From: an uncultured delta proteobacterium
GTDB lineage: Bacteria > Desulfobacterota > Desulfobaccia > Desulfobaccales > 0-14-0-80-60-11
Reading direction: 5' to 3'
NCBI GenBank assembly: GCA_963812015.1
Contig: CAWETI010000002.1
Coordinates: forward strand, 368,381-432,380
Length of the DNA stretch: 64,000 nt
Shown one piece after another: positions 38,431 through 46,721 of the stretch (within the stretch, counting starts at the first letter, position 1; every line of letters begins with the position of its first letter). A program made the translations under genes and the position numbers. The notes beneath the pieces were generated by a model. That model saw nothing but the letters and a program-made list of their open reading frames with translations, was not told the origin of the DNA and searched no databases.

Positions 38431-38500
38431 GTCATGCTGAGCATGGGGAAGCATCTCAAAATTTTATCGCATTGAGATCCGTCACTACGTCCAGGATGGC
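38431..38500. repeat. second copy of the GTCAT..CTGAGC..GAAGCATCTC / GAGATCC..CCAGGATGGC inverted-repeat element
   Basis: gtcatgctgagcatggggaagcatctc-N16-gagatccgtcactacgtccaggatggc. Confidence 0.75.
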
Positions 38501-38634
38501 AGGCAATAAGTTCTCCGATTTAATCTCATCATTGTGCGCCGCGGGCCGCTGCGCCGCATCCAAACCTTAGGCTCTAGATAACCCACCGGGTAAAACGGCT
38601 TAAAATAATCTCTCATAAACTCAGGCCCACGCTC

Positions 38635-39771
38635 CTAGTGAGTGGTCTCCACGGAGTGGGAAACGGCCAGCTCATCCAGGGCGCTCACCACGACTTCAAT
38701 CCCCAAACCAGGGCCGGGCAGCTCGTAGGCCAGGCCGCCGCCATTAAAGGCCACCGGCTGGGAGACGACGTCCCGGACCAGCAGGTACGGAGAGAATGAG
38801 CCCTCCACGTAGGATAACTGCGGAACGGTTAAACCGAACTGGCGGCCGGCGGCCGAGAGGATGCTGGTTTCCCCCACCTGACAACCCACCTGGCATAAAA
38901 TCCCGGCTGCTTCGGCCATGTGTCTGATGCGGGTGGCGGCACCCAGGCCGCCACATTTGGACAGACGGATATTAAAAATCCGGCAGGCCTTGAGGTCGAT
39001 CAAGCGGCGGGCATCCTCTTCGGTGCATAAGGATTCATCGGCGATAACCGGGATCGGCACCGCCTCACTCACCTGCTGCATTCCGGCAAAGTCGGCCTTA
39101 GCCACCGGCTGCTCCACGGCGCTGATGCGGTAAGGTTGCATTTCCCTCAGGCGCGCGATCGCCTCGGTGGGCGTCCAAGCCGAGTTGGCATCCACCCGGA
39201 TATCGACCTCGAAGCCCAAGAGGTCCCGGGCCAGTCGCAAGGTCTCCAGGTCGGAGTCGGTTCCCACCTTAAGTTTGACAAAGTGCATGCGGTTCATTTT
39301 GACCAGGTTCAAAAGGTGCCGCATCGGCTCCGGAGACATCAGGGGGATAACGGCGCTATACTCCAGGCTGGTTCTCAGCTTAGGTGCGATGAGCCCGACC
39401 ATCGGCACCTTCCAGGTCCGGCTGGCGGCATCCAGGAGGGCCGTTTCCATGGCACAAAAGGCGGCAGGGTGACGCGGGGCTGGCAGGGATTGATAGAGGT
39501 CCGCCACGGCTTTGACCAGCGCCGCGGGAGAAGGAAAACCCCGGGATAGGATTGCCGGGGCCAGAACCTCTCGGAGGAAGACGAGGCTGTCGTGGAGCAC
39601 CTCGCCGGTGACAAAGACCCGGGGGACGCCCTCTCCATACCCGGTGATCGCATCATCAGTGGTTACTCTGAGGACGATGTTGTCGGAACCCTCGTGAGTC
39701 GCCAGGTTATGCTTGATTGGGGACTGAAAGCCCAATTTCAGGTGCCAGATATCCAGTTTCTTGACGATCAT
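38635..39771 (-). CDS. enolase-superfamily enzyme, muconate-lactonizing-enzyme subgroup (dipeptide epimerase / N-acylamino-acid racemase-like)
   Basis: KxK motif (FVKLKVG), metal ligands RVDAN / VEQP / IADES, second catalytic Lys NIRLSKCGG. Confidence 0.8.
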   Translation of the reverse strand: MIVKKLDIWHLKLGFQSPIKHNLATHEGSDNIVLRVTTDDAITGYGEGVPRVFVTGEVLHDSLVFLREVLAPAILSRGFPSPAALVKAVADLYQSLPAPRHPAAFCAMETALLDAASRTWKVPMVGLIAPKLRTSLEYSAVIPLMSPEPMRHLLNLVKMNRMHFVKLKVGTDSDLETLRLARDLLGFEVDIRVDANSAWTPTEAIARLREMQPYRISAVEQPVAKADFAGMQQVSEAVPIPVIADESLCTEEDARRLIDLKACRIFNIRLSKCGGLGAATRIRHMAEAAGILCQVGCQVGETSILSAAGRQFGLTVPQLSYVEGSFSPYLLVRDVVSQPVAFNGGGLAYELPGPGLGIEVVVSALDELAVSHSVETTH

Positions 39772-40705
39772 GCTCGACCTCAAAGTGAGATTTTATCATC
39801 TTACCAAACTTCTTCCATTGGTACCATTGCTCCGGGGCATCTTCCACCGCCGTCTCGAGCACGCTTAAGCATTGCTCGTGAATGGGCGGGTGCAGTGCGG
39901 CGGCCCCATTCCCCACCGCAGTCAGGTTGCAGGTATAAGCCTTCTGGCCTTCCCGTTTCATCAAGGCCGTGATGATCTGGGCGCCCGAGCGTTTCCGCAA
40001 CAGCTCCAGGGTCCGGTCCGAAGGCAGCCGGCAGTTCAGAAAGGAGCTATCCCGGTGGGGATCAGGCCGCCATGCATCGAATTCGTCGCACTCGGTGATG
40101 AGAATCCGGCCTTGCTTAAGCGCCTTCATGGCGGCCAGAATGATATTGCCCTCATCCGCGTCAATGAGTTGCAGGCCGACCGCTTCGGCCCGCTTCCCCA
40201 TGGATTCCCGCAGGCGAGTGGTCTGGAAACGGCAGATCATGGAAGTGGGATAACCATTCAACGCCAGGGCCCCGGGCAAAAACTCCACTGCGCCGAAGTG
40301 ACCGGTGACCAGGATGACCCCCTTGCCGTCCTCTAAGGCTGACTGGAGATGATCCACACCGGCAAACCTGACGTGGGTTCTCAAGAACTTCAGCAGCTTG
40401 GGGAAATGAGAATACCCAACGAACAGTTTCTCATGGTAATGGTCCAAGATCCCTTTGAAGGCGGCGTTGATTTTTTGGTTCAGCTGGGCAGCCGGAAACT
40501 TTCTTTTGAAAACATGCTTAATGGTGTTCCGAATCAGGGCTTTTTCCCCCCAGTTCAGGAGAAAGTAAAGCCTTCCCAGGGCCATGAGATAACCTCGGGA
40601 GACTGCGAAAGGCAAAAAGCGAAACAGGAAGCTGTTTAATTTCATTTGGAGAAATTTACTCAGGCTGAGAGAGAGCTTGGGAAGCCGGAACCTTGCGGAA
40701 ACCAT
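39707..40705 (-). CDS. LpxL/HtrB-type (lipid A biosynthesis-like) lysophospholipid acyltransferase family protein
   Basis: N-terminal membrane anchor. VILVTGHFGAVEFLP (HxxxxE/D acyltransferase motif). Strong AAGGAG RBS. Its 3' end overlaps the next gene by 65 nt. Confidence 0.7.
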   Translation of the reverse strand: MVSARFRLPKLSLSLSKFLQMKLNSFLFRFLPFAVSRGYLMALGRLYFLLNWGEKALIRNTIKHVFKRKFPAAQLNQKINAAFKGILDHYHEKLFVGYSHFPKLLKFLRTHVRFAGVDHLQSALEDGKGVILVTGHFGAVEFLPGALALNGYPTSMICRFQTTRLRESMGKRAEAVGLQLIDADEGNIILAAMKALKQGRILITECDEFDAWRPDPHRDSSFLNCRLPSDRTLELLRKRSGAQIITALMKREGQKAYTCNLTAVGNGAAALHPPIHEQCLSVLETAVEDAPEQWYQWKKFGKMIKSHFEVEHDRQETGYLAPEIGLSVPNQA

Positions 40706-40772
40706 GACCGTGCTCCTTTCAAGAAAATTAGGTAAATCTTCTAAAATATTAACATCTAGAATAAAATAGAAT

Positions 40773-40809
40773 CAGGGTTTCCCTAATAGGAGTTTCCCAA
40801 TCTCCTATT
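40773..40809. promoter_or_regulatory. two adjacent inverted repeats (cAGGGTTTCCCTa and AATAGGAG-N9-CTCCTATT), candidate operator
   Basis: Member of the TAGGG-N3-4-CCCTA motif set seen upstream of the kinase/regulator genes. Lies in a 0.9-kb non-coding region. Confidence 0.3.
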
Positions 40810-41144
40810 TTTGGCGTCTAAATTCCTAATTTTATGGGGGAAAGAGGCAGGCGTCCCCCAGTCCCCCGAAAGTGGAAACACTATTAAATAAATAATATCA
40901 ATATGTTATCTAAACAGTTTCCGAGCCCACACCTTTCCCTCTCAAGCTTTAAGAAAATGGAGAAATATTCACTATAACCGCCTTTTATGTGAGAATTACA
41001 AGATCTGCATTAATTTTTCCCCTACAAAAACCTGATTGCGGGGTTGATTTCCTCACTCAGCCAGCACCTGTCCCAGTAAAAACCCAGACGCCCAACGATA
41101 GCTAAGTTGAGCAATCAGGACAATCAGGAAACATCTTGATTGCA

Positions 41145-41160
41145 TAGGGGAAAACCCTAA
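41145..41160. promoter_or_regulatory. TAGGGGAAAACCCTAA inverted repeat, candidate operator
   Basis: Perfect TAGGG/CCCTA arms, about 200 nt upstream of the candidate kinase promoter. Confidence 0.3.
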
Positions 41161-41352
41161 TTTGCTTTGGGAAAATGGATTAAGCCGCTGAGAGGTAATC
41201 GGGCTGGGTCTCTTGGTAAAATGGTTTGGCGTCGCCGTGGTCGGGTTGTTGAGGCCTGAGTCAGGCAAGCTGCAAGCCGGCGGGTGTTTGAAATGGAAGG
41301 GGGAGAGGTGCAATCGTAACCTGGTAATAAGGATAGACCATTGGGCTTTCTC

Positions 41353-41380
41353 TTGACTTTTGCACCTAGTTCTTTATTAT
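41353..41380 (+). promoter_or_regulatory. candidate sigma-70 promoter of the kinase/regulator operon
   Basis: TTGACT - 16 nt - TATTAT, about 250 nt upstream of the kinase start. Confidence 0.4.
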
Positions 41381-41632
41381 GCGCCTATGGGGTATCAGGT
41401 AAAAATCCAGTTTGAACGTAATTACGGGTAATTAAGGTTATAGCTTCCGGCCTTCCCGGTCCGACGGCAAGGGGCTAGGAGGGAAGCAGCCCCGGGGATC
41501 ACCGGTTCCCTGGCAGGTTTTATCCGGGCGCCAGGGACGATTCCAAGGGTCAATACGAGTAAAGGCAAGAGGCTTGGCCGGCACCAGGTGAGACTAAAAA
41601 GCGAAGCCTGAAGAGTGGGGTCCGATACCGAG

Positions 41633-44290
41633 ATGGAGAAGCATCATAGCTGCCTTAATACCCGGGCGATAATTGAGTATTTCCAAGAAAATGCGCCGGG
41701 AGAAGTGTATCGGCTCTTTACGGGTCTGGGCCCGGAAATTGAAGACCTGGCCAACCCCCAAGAATTTTTGATGGAGATTAATAATTGGGTGTCCAGCGAT
41801 GTGGTCACCAAGATGTTTGATAATGCCAAAGCCATAACCAAGGATGATGAAGTTGCATTTAAAATAGGGTTCGAATCGGCGGCAAGAAAAAAGTTAGGCT
41901 ATGTTCAGAGAATTATTATGTTTGCTCATAAAAACCCCAGACGTACTTTGAAAAGAGTTCAAGCTATTAATGATAAATTTAATAAAAATAAAATTATTGA
42001 ATTAATAGAAGCCAGAGGTGACAATGCGGTTATTCGGCTGCATTGGTTCAAAGAAATCCCCGGCACCATAGATTATTGTTTTTTTAATAAAGGGATATAC
42101 TCAGGGATTCCCACTATCTGGAACCTGCCGCCTGCTGATCTGGAAGAAACCAAATGTTATTTCAAAGGGGATGATTATTGCGAATACCATTTTAAATGGC
42201 AGAGAAATTTTTCTTTAAGGGAAGGCTTGTTGAGGCTGCTGGTGCCCTGGCGGGCGCTCAATTATACCATTGAGGAACTGGAGCGTGATAAAGAACTCCT
42301 GAAAAAGAAGTTTGATGAAATTCACCGATTAAATATTCAATTAAAAGAAAAGATCGATCAGCTCATCTGCATGCAGGAAACCAGCACCGCGGCGCTCTCG
42401 GTCCTTAACCTGGAGAAATTGCTCCAAGTAACGTTGCGACTGCTCATCAACTCGGCCAAACTGGATCGGGCCGGGATTCTGCTCCTGGACGAAAAAGGGG
42501 AGGTGCTGGAGCTGAACTATGCGGAGGGAATCGCCCCGGAACTTTTTGAACAGGTGCGGAACTATAAAATTTCCATTACGAAAGTGGATAACGTCATTGC
42601 CCGGGTAGCCATGACCGGCATCCCGGTGGTGATCCAAGATGTAGCCCGCAGCAAACTAAACATGAACAACGCCTTGATCCGATTTTTCAAGCCCAAGGCC
42701 TTCATTTTGGTCCCCCTCACGGTAAGGGGCAAGGTGATCGGGGTGCTCATGGCCGATCGAGTCCACGAGGATGCGATGATCACCGATGGCGACCGGGAGT
42801 TTATTGTGAGTTTCGCCAACCAGATTGCCATAGCCCTGGAAAATGCCGTGCTCTATCACAAGCTGGAGGTGTCGGAACGGAAATACCGTGAATTGGTGGA
42901 AAATGCTCACGAGGGGATCTGGATTATCGATGATAAAGGCCGGATCAAATTTGCCAACCGCAGGATGCGAGAGATTACCGGCCACGACACCCTGGAAAAT
43001 CACCATATTTCCGACCTGGCGGACCGGGACAATCAGAAGCGGTTAGCAGACATCATGGTTCAGAACCGGATGAACAATGTGGCGCAACAGGAATTGGATA
43101 TCATGTGCAAGGACGGGGGATCGGCCTCGGTTATCATGAGTTCGGTGCCATTGTTTGAAGACGGCCAGTTCGTGGGCGCTTTTGCCATGTTTAGTGACAT
43201 CACGGCATTGCGGGAAACGGAGGAGCGATTTCAGAAAATCTTTGAAGAAGCTGGCATCGGCATGGCTCTGGTGGATTTGACCGGCCACCTCTTGGATGCC
43301 AACCCGGCTTTCCTCAACATGCTGGGATATAATAAGAGTGAAGTAATCCGGAAATCTTTTAAGGATTTCATTCATCCGGAAGATATCCGGATAAGCGGCA
43401 GGCTGTTCAGGGAATTGGGGGAGGGTAAACGAGATTCCTACTCCCGGGAGAATCGTTACCTGCATAAAGAGAACCGGGTGGTCTGGGGCCAGGCGACCGT
43501 GTCCGTGCTCCGGGGCGCTGGAGGCGTACCGCAGTTTGCCATCGCCATGATCGCCGATATTACCGATCGGAAACAGGCAGAGGAAGACATTCGCACCTAT
43601 CAGGTGCAGCTCCAATCATTGGCCTCGGAATTGTCCCTGACCGAAGAGCGCGAACGGCGGCGCCTGGCTACAGATCTGCACGATCATATCGGTCAAGCCC
43701 TGGCCCTCTCCAAGATCAAACTGGGGGTACTCCAAAAAACCGTCATTGTGGAGAACCAGGCTAACTCTTTGGGCGAGGTGCGGGAGCTCATCGAGCAGAT
43801 GATCCAGGACACCAGATCCTTAACCTTTGAACTGAGCCTCCCGGTGCTTTACGAGCTTGGCTTTGAAGCGGCAGTGGAGTGGTACGCCAAGCATGTCCGG
43901 GCGCAGCACGGCATCAAGGTGGACGTCCAGCAAGACATGCTGCCCATTCCCATGGATGATGAAATCAAAGTCCTGCTTTTCCGTTCGGTGCGAGAGTTGA
44001 TGATTAATATTGTTAAGCATGCCCAGGCCCGCAATGCCCGGGTCACCATAAGGAGGGCAGGGGACGACGTCAACATCGAAGTGGAAGACGACGGGGTGGG
44101 AATTAAAGACGTCCGGCGAGATCAAAGGCTCAAAAGCAACGGCGGCTTTGGACTGTTCAGCATTAGAGAGCGCTTGCATTATCTTGGAGGCCAGGTGCAG
44201 GTGGAATCCGGGAAGACCCAGGGAACCAGGATTACTCTGATAGTACCCCTCCAACATGCCAGGAAGGCCCAATTGGAGATTGCGAGATGA
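41633..44290 (+). CDS. multidomain sensor histidine kinase: V4R-like N-terminal domain, coiled coil, GAF, two PAS, HisKA_3, HATPase_c
   Basis: N-domain ends ...LEETKCYFKGDDYCEYHF (V4R-type C..GD..C motif). GAF (VPLTVRGKVIGVLMAD). PAS (ENAHEGIWIID; FEEAGIGMALVD). H-box LATDLHDHIGQAL (HisKA_3/NarX type). G-boxes DDGVGI, GGFGL. GTG at 41615 is an alternative start. Confidence 0.9.
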   Translation: MEKHHSCLNTRAIIEYFQENAPGEVYRLFTGLGPEIEDLANPQEFLMEINNWVSSDVVTKMFDNAKAITKDDEVAFKIGFESAARKKLGYVQRIIMFAHKNPRRTLKRVQAINDKFNKNKIIELIEARGDNAVIRLHWFKEIPGTIDYCFFNKGIYSGIPTIWNLPPADLEETKCYFKGDDYCEYHFKWQRNFSLREGLLRLLVPWRALNYTIEELERDKELLKKKFDEIHRLNIQLKEKIDQLICMQETSTAALSVLNLEKLLQVTLRLLINSAKLDRAGILLLDEKGEVLELNYAEGIAPELFEQVRNYKISITKVDNVIARVAMTGIPVVIQDVARSKLNMNNALIRFFKPKAFILVPLTVRGKVIGVLMADRVHEDAMITDGDREFIVSFANQIAIALENAVLYHKLEVSERKYRELVENAHEGIWIIDDKGRIKFANRRMREITGHDTLENHHISDLADRDNQKRLADIMVQNRMNNVAQQELDIMCKDGGSASVIMSSVPLFEDGQFVGAFAMFSDITALRETEERFQKIFEEAGIGMALVDLTGHLLDANPAFLNMLGYNKSEVIRKSFKDFIHPEDIRISGRLFRELGEGKRDSYSRENRYLHKENRVVWGQATVSVLRGAGGVPQFAIAMIADITDRKQAEEDIRTYQVQLQSLASELSLTEERERRRLATDLHDHIGQALALSKIKLGVLQKTVIVENQANSLGEVRELIEQMIQDTRSLTFELSLPVLYELGFEAAVEWYAKHVRAQHGIKVDVQQDMLPIPMDDEIKVLLFRSVRELMINIVKHAQARNARVTIRRAGDDVNIEVEDDGVGIKDVRRDQRLKSNGGFGLFSIRERLHYLGGQVQVESGKTQGTRITLIVPLQHARKAQLEIAR

Positions 44291-44937
44291 TCAAGGTCAT
44301 ATTGGCGGACGACCACCAGATTGTGCGTCACGGGCTCCGCAGTCTACTGTCCGCGGAACCCGACATCGAGGTCGTGGGGGAAGCTGACAATGGGCGAGCC
44401 GTGGTCCGGATGGTCCAGGAACTCTCGCCTCAGGTGGTGATCATGGACATTTCCATGCCCGACCTGAATGGCATTGAAGCCACCCGCCAGATATTGAGCG
44501 ATACTACCGGGGTCAAGGTTATTGCCCTGTCGATGCATTCCGACAGTCTCTTCGTATTGAACATGTTCCAAGCGGGAGCTTCGGGGTACCTATTGAAAGA
44601 TTGCGCCCTGGAGGAGTTGGTCAAGGCCGTGCGCACGGTCATGAACCGCAAGATCTATCTCAGCCCCGGTATTTCCGATATCGTGATCAAAGACTTCGTC
44701 CTCGGGTGGTCTTCAACCGACTCCTCAGCCTATTCGATCCTGACCGCCAGGGAACGGGAAGTGCTGCAGTTAATGGCCGAAGGCAAGACCACCAATCAGA
44801 TCGCCGAAAACCTGTGCGTCAGTGTCAAGACGGTGGAGGCCCATCGCAAACAAATGATGAACAAGCTGGATATCCACAGCGTGGCCGAACTCACCAAGTA
44901 CGCCATACGCCAAGGACTGACTTCCCTGGAAGTTTGA
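44287..44937 (+). CDS. NarL/FixJ(LuxR)-family response regulator, paralogue 1
   Basis: REC (ADDH...IMDISMPDLNG...K) + LuxR HTH (LTAREREVLQLMAEGKTTNQIAENLCVSVKTVEAHR). ATGA overlap with the kinase. Confidence 0.95.
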   Translation: MIKVILADDHQIVRHGLRSLLSAEPDIEVVGEADNGRAVVRMVQELSPQVVIMDISMPDLNGIEATRQILSDTTGVKVIALSMHSDSLFVLNMFQAGASGYLLKDCALEELVKAVRTVMNRKIYLSPGISDIVIKDFVLGWSSTDSSAYSILTAREREVLQLMAEGKTTNQIAENLCVSVKTVEAHRKQMMNKLDIHSVAELTKYAIRQGLTSLEV

Positions 44938-45011
44938 GCCCGTCCCCAGCGCGGCGTTAGGAATTTCTCATCTCTAGAAGGTAAAAAATCAGGCATTGCG
45001 AACCGCAAAAT

Positions 45012-45024
45012 CAGGGAATCCCCG
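45012..45024. promoter_or_regulatory. CAGGGAATCCCCG imperfect inverted repeat, candidate operator upstream of regulator paralogue 2
   Basis: Related to the TAGGG-N3-4-CCCTA motif. Followed by CTAAGTGTAT as in the 45966-46002 region. Confidence 0.25.
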
Positions 45025-45231
45025 ACTAGAAGAGCCCTGGCACTAAGTGTATAAGATAATGAAGAAAATCTTAGGTGAGTGCTGAGGGGGCGAATCGGGG
45101 GAGAGGTATCCCTCGGTCCCGGCCAGGGAGAGGCCTAAAAGCGACTTCACCAACCCCAAGGCGGCCGACGTTGGCGCCAGGAAAGCATCGAGGGAATTAC
45201 CATGGGCCAAAGAAAAAGTCCATTTCATGGC

Positions 45232-45891
45232 ATGAACAGACCTATTAGGATCATCCTGGCGGATGACCACCAGATTGTGCGTCAGGGGCTGCGCATTCTC
45301 CTGCATGCGGAGTCTGACATGGAGATCATCGCCGAAGCCGATAACGGGCGCAAGGTGCTCAAACTGGCCCAGGAATTGTTGCCCGATGTTATCATTATGG
45401 ATCTGTCCATGCCCGAGCTGAATGGCATTGAGGCGACTCGGCAGATCTTGTCCGGGGCTCCTGATGTCAAGGTGGTGGCCCTATCGATGCATTCCGACAG
45501 CCTCTTCGTGCTCAACATGATCAAGGCCGGCGCCTCGGGCTATCTGCTGAAAGACTGCGCCCTGGAAGAACTGGTCAAAGCCATCCGTACCGTGGTCAAT
45601 CACAAAACCTACTTGAGTCCCGGGGTCTCGGACATCGTGATCCGGGATTTCGTGACCGGATGGCAGACTACGGGCACCTCGGCCTTTTCCGTCCTGTCGC
45701 CCCGAGAACGGGAAGTGCTGCAACTCATGGCGGAAGGCAAAACGACCAACCAAATTGCCGATGGCCTCTGTGTCAGCGTCAAGACCATAGAAGCCCACCG
45801 CAAACAGGTTATGACTAAATTGGGGATTCACAGTGTGGCTGAACTTACCAAGTACGCCATCCGCCAAGGATTGACCTCTTTGGAGGTCTAA
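45232..45891 (+). CDS. NarL/FixJ(LuxR)-family response regulator, paralogue 2
   Basis: Collinear with paralogue 1 over the full length, with long identical stretches (ALSMHSDSLFVLNM, AGASGYLLKDCALEELVKA, REREVLQLMAEGKTTNQIA, HSVAELTKYAIRQGLTSLEV). Confidence 0.95.
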   Translation: MNRPIRIILADDHQIVRQGLRILLHAESDMEIIAEADNGRKVLKLAQELLPDVIIMDLSMPELNGIEATRQILSGAPDVKVVALSMHSDSLFVLNMIKAGASGYLLKDCALEELVKAIRTVVNHKTYLSPGVSDIVIRDFVTGWQTTGTSAFSVLSPREREVLQLMAEGKTTNQIADGLCVSVKTIEAHRKQVMTKLGIHSVAELTKYAIRQGLTSLEV

Positions 45892-45965
45892 ACCTGCCTG
45901 AGGATCCCAGGCCGAAGCAGTACCTTTCTTGTAATTTCAAAAATAAGGTTTTTCGGAAATAAAAA

Positions 45966-46002
45966 TTAGGGATTCCCTAAGTGTATTTTAGGGGAATCCC
46001 TA
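45966..46002. promoter_or_regulatory. tandem pair of inverted repeats TTAGGGATTCCCTAA and TAGGGGAATCCCTA, candidate operator upstream of regulator paralogue 3
   Basis: Two perfect TAGGG/CCCTA palindromes 8 nt apart, about 115 nt upstream of the 46117 ATG. Confidence 0.4.
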
Positions 46003-46116
46003 TATTTTTATGCCCAGAGTGTTGTGCAAGCTGAGGGTGTTGGCCTGATGGCCGGAAAGTTGCCGCCTCGATCATATCCCGGCGCCACCAGGTCGACAGG
46101 TTGCCTTGGAGGCCGA

Positions 46117-46566
46117 ATGACCATCAAGATTGTTTTGGCGGATAATCACCCCATCGTACGCCATGGCCTGTCCTTGCTCCTGGCCGGGGAACCTGATATG
46201 TGCGTGGTGGGTGAAGCAGAAGATGGCGGCGCCACCATAAAGCTCACCCAAGAACTTGCCCCGGACGTGGTGATCATGGATATTTCCATGCCCGACTTAA
46301 ACGGGGTTGAAGCGACTCGCCAGATCTTGTCTCACTATCCCCAGGTCAAAGTAATCGCCCTGTCCATGCACTCCGATAGTCTTTTTGTCCTCAATATGCT
46401 CAACGCCGGAGCCTCAGGCTACCTGCTGAAGGATTGCGCCCTGGAAGAACTGGTCAAGGCCATTCGGACGGTGGTAACCCGGAAAATCTATCTCAGCCAC
46501 AGCTTATCTAACCTGCTGGTCGCGGATCTGGCCAATAAATTCTCTCTTGACAATTTTAAGCAATGA
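46117..46566 (+). CDS. receiver-domain-only protein: truncated third paralogue of the NarL-type regulators (HTH lost)
   Basis: REC domain collinear with paralogues 1/2 up to ...RKIYLS. It then diverges (HSLSNLLVADLANKFSLDNFKQ*) and stops, with no LuxR HTH. Confidence 0.85.
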   Translation: MTIKIVLADNHPIVRHGLSLLLAGEPDMCVVGEAEDGGATIKLTQELAPDVVIMDISMPDLNGVEATRQILSHYPQVKVIALSMHSDSLFVLNMLNAGASGYLLKDCALEELVKAIRTVVTRKIYLSHSLSNLLVADLANKFSLDNFKQ

Positions 46567-46721
46567 TGGCTTGAGGATCAGGCGCTCCGGGGGGCGCTGA
46601 ACTCGACCGGACCCGTGCGGGCATAAGCCGGGCACGGCAAGGGGCTTGGGCCGGGGGCGCCTCGGCATCCAGCCAGGTGCGGTTGCCGGGGCGCCGGTGC
46701 CTTCGTCCCCCCCGGCCGATC

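Noticed and set aside
41053-41313. 86-aa ORF in the long non-coding region upstream of the kinase.
   Set aside because: No RBS, a Ser/Pro/Leu-rich featureless sequence and an AT-rich context. More likely non-coding.
45172-45187. Sigma-54-like element TGGCGC-N5-AAGCA upstream of regulator paralogue 2.
   Set aside because: The GG-N10-GC spacing is right, but the -12 box (AAGCA) departs from TTGCW and no enhancer-binding protein gene is nearby. Too weak to call.
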